Shown: in pieces, positions 56,236 to 64,000 of the stretch | How the letters are laid out: every line of letters begins with the position of its first letter | Position numbering within the stretch: the first letter of the stretch is position 1 | From: Eledone cirrhosa | Lineage: Eukaryota | Direction: 5' to 3' | Assembly: GCA_964016885.1 (NCBI GenBank) | Contig: OZ024743.1 | Location: forward strand, 126,852,001 to 126,916,000 | Length of the DNA: 64,000 nt | The notes under the pieces: model-generated | Told to the model about the DNA's origin: nothing | Seen by the model: the letters and a program-made list of their open reading frames with translations, nothing else | The model's database searches: none | Made by a program: the position numbers and the translations under genes

Positions 56236-58439
56236 ATTTCTTTATTTATAATAATGATTTCTATTTATAATAATAATAATATTAACAATTAAGAATGAAT
56301 TAGTGGTGATATTGATTGCTATAAAATGTTCAATTTATTTCAAACAGGAAGATATTTACAATTTAATTAATTAATATTTATTATCAGTCTTAATTATCGT
56401 CATGTTTCATTAATAACTTCATGAATGTTTTAAGGATTGTGTTATTTGTTTGGTTGTTATTTTTCTCTGTAATTTTGATGCCAATAATTTTGTTTGTTTT
56501 TTGTGATAACTGCAGCTATATTTTAGTCAACTAACTATACAATTGTTAGTCAACTAACTACACAGCTATATTTTAGTCAATTAACCATACAACAAATAAC
56601 CATTCAATTACAATTTATTCTAACAATTTTACTCATCATTTTGTAATGTCAAATGATTTTTTTGCTTTTGGAATTTCAAAACTTATGTAATATGAGAAAA
56701 AAGCTTTACTTTTGAATATTTTAGTTCTTTCAAAGAGAAAGTTTTGAGTTAATGAAACTTTTAATTATTTTCAAATAATTGTTTCATTCATCAAAATTTG
56801 ATTTTCTCATTTCATCAAATGATATGGATTTTGTAAATTTTTTGATGTCATATTTTTATCTTTGACACAACAGAAATTCATTGTAATAATTATATTTATG
56901 TATTTGAGTCATTTATTTGCATATTGAAAGTTAACTGTTGCAAGTTTTGTAATAATGAAAGTTTATAGGCAAGTGTTCGCTACAAATCACATTTCCCCAG
57001 CCAACGATGTCTTGACACATCAATGAAAAGCTGGCAATAAACCCAGGACAGATGTGATATATAGCCCTCGCAGAGCTGGTAATAAGCCCAGATCAGATGT
57101 CAAGTTTAGGCCCTATTCCAGACTACTGATTAAGTATTTTAGTGACCAGTGCTAAGTATATATGAGTTATGTATAGGTTACAAGTATACACATATTTACT
57201 GTATATGATGTACATACATGTAGCAGAACAGAATAAAAGAACTTAAATTTGAGAGAAGTAGGCTGCTTTAGAATTGTAGGCCCCTGCCTACTGGCCTGCT
57301 TACCTTTCTGTTCTTATCTGTTTATATCACATAGTATAATGTTTATGCATTCTTATCTGGAGGAATGTTATGTACTAAATGTTTTAGTGGCATAATCTAA
57401 AGGATTGTCCCCTCAAGATAGTTGACAACAAGATGTTTAGTCGTCCTGATATTAACATGATTATTAAACATACATTTAAAATATCTACCTATACGTTGAA
57501 CATACTGTTAAAATGACCCATAGATATATGTAAAAGCCAGAATCTAGATGAAATCTTATTTATCTACACATTCCTGTCTCTGTTAAGAATTTTTAGATTG
57601 TTTCTAATTTAAACTTGGACACTTAACCTGATCTTCCTTGGTTAGTCCAGAAACCACTGGTGAGGAAGATGAAAGTTGAATGATTGCCCTTATCTCTACT
57701 GTAACCACACTAAACCCTACTTAGTCCTACAGTAGTCACACATAGTCATACTGAAAGATTACAAGTGTTACACCGCCTTTCATAAACAATATAAGATTTT
57801 CACTGAAATAATAAGACGACAGGAAATATTTGAAGAGACTATCCTTGTTTAATGGGTGGAATTCAGCCAAAACAAACCTCTTAGAAATAATCTAAAAATA
57901 AATTGTCAGTTGTTTTTTTCAATTCAACATCTTGTTTTATAACGAACCGTCTACAGTGGTACATAACCTCTTTTTTTTTTTTTTTTTTTTGTTCAACTAT
58001 TTATAGTGATCGAGTATTATTATAATCATTTGCATAGGGTGACTACATCTTGTTTGATGGTACTTTTGTTTTATAACACGGAAGATATATCAAAGCAGCT
58101 GAGAGCAAAATTTAGAAAATGATGAGTTGTTGTTTTTTATTACTGCTAAAACTTACTTTAGTAGAATGTGCTTCTGTTTGTTTTTGCTTATTTAATGTGT
58201 ATGTAGTAATTGTAACATATTTTAATATCAATTAATATTTTAATGTAAATTTGTGTATAGTAATTGTGACATATTCCATATTATTTAATTAATTGCCTTC
58301 TGTGATATTTTTATTTTTGCTTGTTAAAATATTCACCTAATTATTTCCTGTAAGTTTTAATATTCCCCCTACAATTCTTGCCACAGTTCTCTCTCTCTCT
58401 CTCACACACACTTCTCCATCATAATCTTCCAAAGTTGAC

Positions 58440-58722
58440 AATGATGTTACTCTTCATGCAAGCTGGCAATGTGCATGTTCATAAGTGTAAAATCCAACAC
58501 TGCACTCCCTGGCTCAATTGCAGATGTTGCACATGGTCACAGCTGTTGCTATACCATGCACTTGTCTCTGCTCACAGATATCTGGTAAAAGTGAAGCTTA
58601 AGCAGTTCAAGAAGATGCTGAAGAATAAGAGAGCACCAGCTTGTCAGTCTTTTGCTGCATCTTTCCAGCTGGACTATGTTATTTTGCAATGTTTCAGGGT
58701 CTGGTGAAAATCGTCCTTGAAA
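58440..58722 (-). pseudogene. Decayed RTE-like LINE 3' end
   Basis: Minus strand LKHCKI..SWKDAAKD, followed by a CNIC..REC...H C2H2-like remnant; contains stops. Confidence 0.45.
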
Positions 58723-60191
58723 TACTTTTTCTACCTAGGTAGTACTCTTGCTCCGCACACACACATACATTTTTGTGGGACCTTTAACTGTATCTTAGCT
58801 TTATTCTCATTTTATTATTGGGATAATTGTAGCTATGTTATTTAACTTTAGATTATCATCTATTCAGCCACAACATTCTTCATCAAACTTAGAATATTAA
58901 TATCAATCAAGTGGGGAGTCTGATACTCTGTTACTTAACACTAACTACATATTGTAATGTAATATAAATTGTATATTTAGGGTTTAGAAAACTGCGAAAC
59001 ACAATTAGGCTATCTGTGCATTATATGTATCTGTGTAGCATGTCCCTTAGAAATTCAGTTCAGTTCTAAAGTATGTTTGGGATCTAGAGAAAATGGTCTT
59101 CCTATTTGTTACTGTGGTACTAATATGATTTGGTTAATATACCATGGAGCACTGGTTGACTCCCTTGAAACCTGTGATCCTTCCTTCATAACCCTCAAAT
59201 TCTTATTGGGTTGTTTTAAGTTGTTTATTTTTTCCATTTTAAAACAAACACTGGGTCAGTTTCTCCCCATTGTTTGTTTTGCTCTAAATTCTTCATTGCG
59301 GAATGGCACACAGACTGCTGATACTTTTCTCAGAACTCTCTGTTCCATTCTAGATGAAGGCCAACTCATTATTAGTATTTAAAGAAAATTGCAATAATTT
59401 TAACAGTTTTCGATCTAAGAAAACAATTGTTTATGGTAAAAAAAATGAATGGAATTTCATATATAATGAAAACAGAAATTTTATGACCTTTCTTTGGATA
59501 AACCAGAACATAATTTGAAAAATTAATTCCTTAAACATTAATCCAGTCATTGCTGCCTTTTTACCAAAATTTTGCCTATTTTAATTCCTTTAGCCTTGAG
59601 GAGTTATATGTAACTCTTATATAATTTATCAAATTCTGTCTTTAGAAATTCCAAGAACTCTTGATTCATTTTCCAGGATAGTTCTTGGTTAACTAGAATT
59701 TTTAAAAAAAAGCCAAAAATATTTTCATTTTCCTGTATAGAATGCACATTTAAATATGTTTAGTTCTACTACTACCTTGCCACCATTTCCTATCAGAACA
59801 GATAATGCTTCAGATAGCCATTTAGATATGTTTAGTTCTAGTAAAAGACTTCAATGTTAACCCCTGTGACTAACTTCACTGTTAATTCTTATTTCAATTC
59901 CTACCACAACAGATAATGGTTTTACACCCAATTTGTATATTTTTTAAATATCAAAAGATAAATTCTTCTTAAAATGTTTTCATTTGAAAAGTTAGTCTTG
60001 ATGGTGATCGGTCTTATATTTAATTAACAAATTCTTACAATATAACTTTCAGTTACGTTGTCGATGTTCATTAATAAAATTAGATAAATCTGTAAAAATA
60101 TATGTATTATGTTTAAATTGATTATATATCTTTATATATTTCATATATATTACAGATTGCATTTAATTATTATTTTACAAAAATTAATCAC

Positions 60192-60227
<36 letters not shown>

Positions 60228-60872
60228 CATTTGCTTTATATTTTTGGTGCTTAACTGCCATATCAATTTATAATTAAAAAAAAGACAGAGTATTAAATAT
60301 ATAAACAGTTATTTTATCATGATTTTGTCTTGAATACACATGACAAAAAGGATTAAGGGATTTTTTCTCTAAGAGAGAAACTGTTATGGAATTGTCTGTA
60401 AGGTAGAAATAGTACACTGATTGCCTGTAAGGTAGAAATAGTCTGTAAGATAAGACAGAAATTATAGAGGGATTGTGGGGATGGTAAATTCATTAGCTTT
60501 GATATTAGTTTCTTTATTGTAAAGGTATCTTAGAGGGTGCTTCCTGTAAACAGTAAGATAGTGAGATATTTCACAAGATGTTGTTAGATTGAGCTTAGCC
60601 ACATATTTTAAAATTAAACAGACACACACACTAAGACAACTAAAAATAACAGAAGATAAAACTAGTGACTAAAAGTATGTGGAAAGGAAAACAGAATTCT
60701 CTCTCATTCCCCCGTCTCTCTCTATATATATCACAAAGTAAGAAGTAACTATAAGGTTGTATTAAATACATACAGTCACATAGGTATCTGTAGATTTATA
60801 CAGACATAAAATGCATATACATACATACACATATATGCACATTTACATACATATACACTCACATGTATATAT

Positions 60873-60954
<82 letters not shown>

Positions 60955-61930
60955 ATAATGAAGTATTTCTGTCGGAAAGGTACAGGAAAAAAGAGTGCTC
61001 TATGTAGGCTACAGAGCTTTAAATAAATAAATAAATAAATATATATATATATATTTATTGTCATACATACATGCATAAATACGTATATTAAAAAAGATAA
61101 TTTAAAGGTTTAGTTAATTTTAATATTTAAAGTATGAGATTGTGATGTGATTTCTTCAGTGTTTGCCTATATCTTTTTATTTATTTAACTTTGTTTTCTG
61201 TTCAAATGTAACAACTAAAGCATATATCATTTCTTTCTGCCCTTGTTGATGTTGAAGTAGTAGAAATTACAGCTGATTTCCTCAATGGCTAAGAAGTTAC
61301 TAAAATAGTTGCAGTTATCACATTGCGATTAAAGTCAGTTTTCTGAAATAAATTATTTACTGCATGACATTCTGTGAAGTTTGGTTTTATTTTGTCTCGC
61401 TTTCTGCTCTTTCTCCCAGCTTCCAGTTACTGTAACTATTAACCCTTTTGTGACCATATTTCTAATAGAAAACAATGCTTGTAATTTTTAAATTATTTTG
61501 AAAATAATCAAGAATTTGGAGTGATTTAATTATATAACTGTATTTTTCATTATTAAGCTGGTGTTTGAATCATAACATAACATGTTCTTACATAAAATCA
61601 CGATTGAAAGTTTTTAGATAAATATAAGCACTTTAAGATAAACAGCTTTGTATTGTAGAACCAAGGCTGATTTCAGGCAGTTTAGTATCGAAACTTATGT
61701 CTTCTTTCTAATACAATCTTCCTCACAACTGAGATAATCCCATATGACAGACTAATCATCATCCTTTTTATGGCTACTTTCCAAGCTGGCATTGATTGCA
61801 CATGTCATCACAAAGACTGAATGAGTTGGGGAACCATGTCTTGTTCATACTTTGGATGTCCTTCTTAATGCCAACAACTTTATTGAGTGTGATGGATGTA
61901 TTTTATCATGACACCGGCACTACCAATTTT

Positions 61931-62440
61931 CAGGGACTAAAAGGACGAAAAAACGGTTCAGTACTATACGAACATGCCAGACAACAACACGACGGTAACA
62001 TAGACAACACAGAAATTAAAATATCTAAACATAGAAATGACCCAGCAGATAGGCAAATCAGAGAAACCAGTGAAATAGAACTTAGAAGGCCAAGGCTAAA
62101 CAGAAAAAATGAATGGAATAACAACACCACCCAAACAAACAATACTGACCTAAGAGAAGTATAAATAAATAAATTAAAAAAAAATAAATAAATACATACA
62201 CAAGCACAATAACAACAAACACATATAAACACACACTAGTAAACTAAGATAGAATACAATAACCAATACAGTCACCCAAACACTATACACACACGCAAAC
62301 GCATGCGCAGAGAAGAAGACAAAAATAAATAAATAAACAGACTAAATAAAGATGGTGTAGGCATATAATACAACAGGAGGAAACATAATACCACCACTGA
62401 CGATGTTGCAGATGTGCAACAAAAGAACTTTGTTAGACTA
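61931..62440 (+). mobile_element. Penelope-like 3' fragment (GIY-YIG tail + decayed hammerhead)
   Basis: SVLYEHARQQHDG...RQIRE.SEI....PRLNRKNEW; CTGACGA-T-GTTGCA(GATG)TGCAAC-AAAA at 62397-62424. Confidence 0.6.
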
Positions 62441-62630
62441 TATATATCTGTTTGTGTCTATATTATATCTGTATTTTTTACCGTTGGTCAGTCAATGGTA
62501 TATATTGAGGACCGAATAAATTAAATTAACCAATATAAAAGACACAGAAGCGAAAACCAACCAAACAGTGAGTGTGTTCTGTTATTAATTCTGGCAATAT
62601 TATTACACAAATATGACCCTCCCCAAGTAT

Positions 62631-62667
<37 letters not shown>

Positions 62668-62669
<2 letters not shown>

Positions 62670-62945
62670 CATCATCATCACCGTTTTACGTCCATTCTTC
62701 CACGCTAGCATGGGTTAGATGGGTTGTCCTGCTGTGGGCAGTGCCCGGTCGCCAGACCTTATCTTGCTCATACAAGAACTGATTTTGGCTCGATTTCTAC
62801 AGCTGGATGCCCTCCCTAACACCAACCTCGTTTACAATGAGTGGTGGGTGCTTTTTTTCTGTGGCGCCTACACGACCACTTTACAGTGTGGGCTGGGTGC
62901 TTTTTTGCTGTGGCACCTCCACGACCACTTTGCAGTGTGAGGGAT
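62668..62945 (-). mobile_element. RTE-related short repeat with (ATG)n tail
   Basis: catcatcaccgttttacgtcc...gctagcatgggtt...tttctacagctggatgccctccctaac; related pieces near 6540-6640, 43355, 61755-61925 and 63890-63940. Confidence 0.6.
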
Positions 62946-63634
62946 ATTGTCAATATGCTTCAGCTTCGGCTTGTACCTGTGGGAAGTTGGGTCTTCTGTA
63001 TTACTGCATGATGCCAGAGGTCACGGTCCTGCATCATCGCCTTTGAGAGGTGCAATTGGGTAAGGTCGGCTTTTATCACCTCATCCCAGGTCTTCTTGGG
63101 TCTCCCCACTCCGCGATCTCCATCAACATATACATAACTTGGTTTTTACACTTCAGCAACATGCTAAAATCTTCTATCAGTAGGCAGGGTCTCCTTAGTG
63201 TAATGGCTAATGCACTTGTCTGGCATCTGAGTGATGTAGGGTTTGATTCCTCCTCACAAGTGCCATTGTCCACTTCTTATTGTCTCCAGGAGTTCTTGAT
63301 TTTTTTTTCAATTATTATTATAGTTATTTGCGTTGGGATAACTACATTTCAAATATATATATATATATATATATAAAATATACAAATATATTACACAAAT
63401 AGAAGTGTGTTACACAGTGAAATGTGTGTGTAAAGGATTATTACAAGTGATCCTTGTATATATATATATATCAACTAGAAATAGATTGACATATATATAT
63501 ATATAAAATAAATACATGGAACAATTACAGGGAATAATTTGTAAAGAATGTAAGCATACATAGCAGTGTGATACACATCTACAGTGGATATGGCGCATGT
63601 CTCTCAGACATGACAACCCTTAATTTAATTTTGG

Positions 63635-63672
<38 letters not shown>

Positions 63673-63937
63673 TGGTGATATATACAATATATGCACTCAG
63701 TACATGCTGTAAAGTAGTCAGTGATAGGAAGGGTCTCCAGCCAGAGAAAGCTTGTAAAACGAAGAGTTAAGAGGACCCTCAGTTGTGGCAAAGACATAGC
63801 CTTACCTGTGCATGACCATACAGAAGCAAGATGACAGATCCCTGGCTTGCCTGAGAGATCATTAGCCACCGCTTCAGTACTGACTTGGTCTATGTAGACC
63901 TGTCCAACCCTTGCTAGCAGGGAAAGCAGATGTTAAA

Positions 63938-64000
63938 ATAATTTTCTACTTTTTGGCACAAGGCCAGCAATAACCCAGTGCATTACTGGTACTTTATTTT
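63938..64000 (-). mobile_element. SINE 3' end (runs off window)
   Basis: ttctactttttggcacaaggccagc...ctggtactttatttt. Confidence 0.75.

Overview
Repeat-dominated, AT-rich animal genomic DNA. The (TA)n/(CA)n/(CATA)n load and the SINE/RTE families suggest an octopus or other cephalopod (inference). Only one host coding exon is recognisable: the terminal exon of a Cys-type methionine sulfoxide reductase B (44372-44520). Almost all ORFs in the supplied track are microsatellite artefacts. The mobile content is: a young Penelope-like element (RT + GIY-YIG, CxCx5C linker) with inverted pLTRs; a Tx1/L1-like LINE; a Buster-type hAT element with an 8-bp TSD plus two hAT MITEs; a Chapaev3 element with a TAA TSD; RTE and I-like LINE relics; and many tRNA-derived SINEs. 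The main hidden signal is about 20 type I hammerhead ribozyme (HHR) motifs from several unrelated families. They include two non-coding tandem arrays (310-bp and ~430-bp monomers, one HHR per monomer) that look like retrozymes. These elements are repeatedly built as head-to-head inverted arms anchored in (TA)n, and three fold-back palindromes have their axis in HHR stem II.
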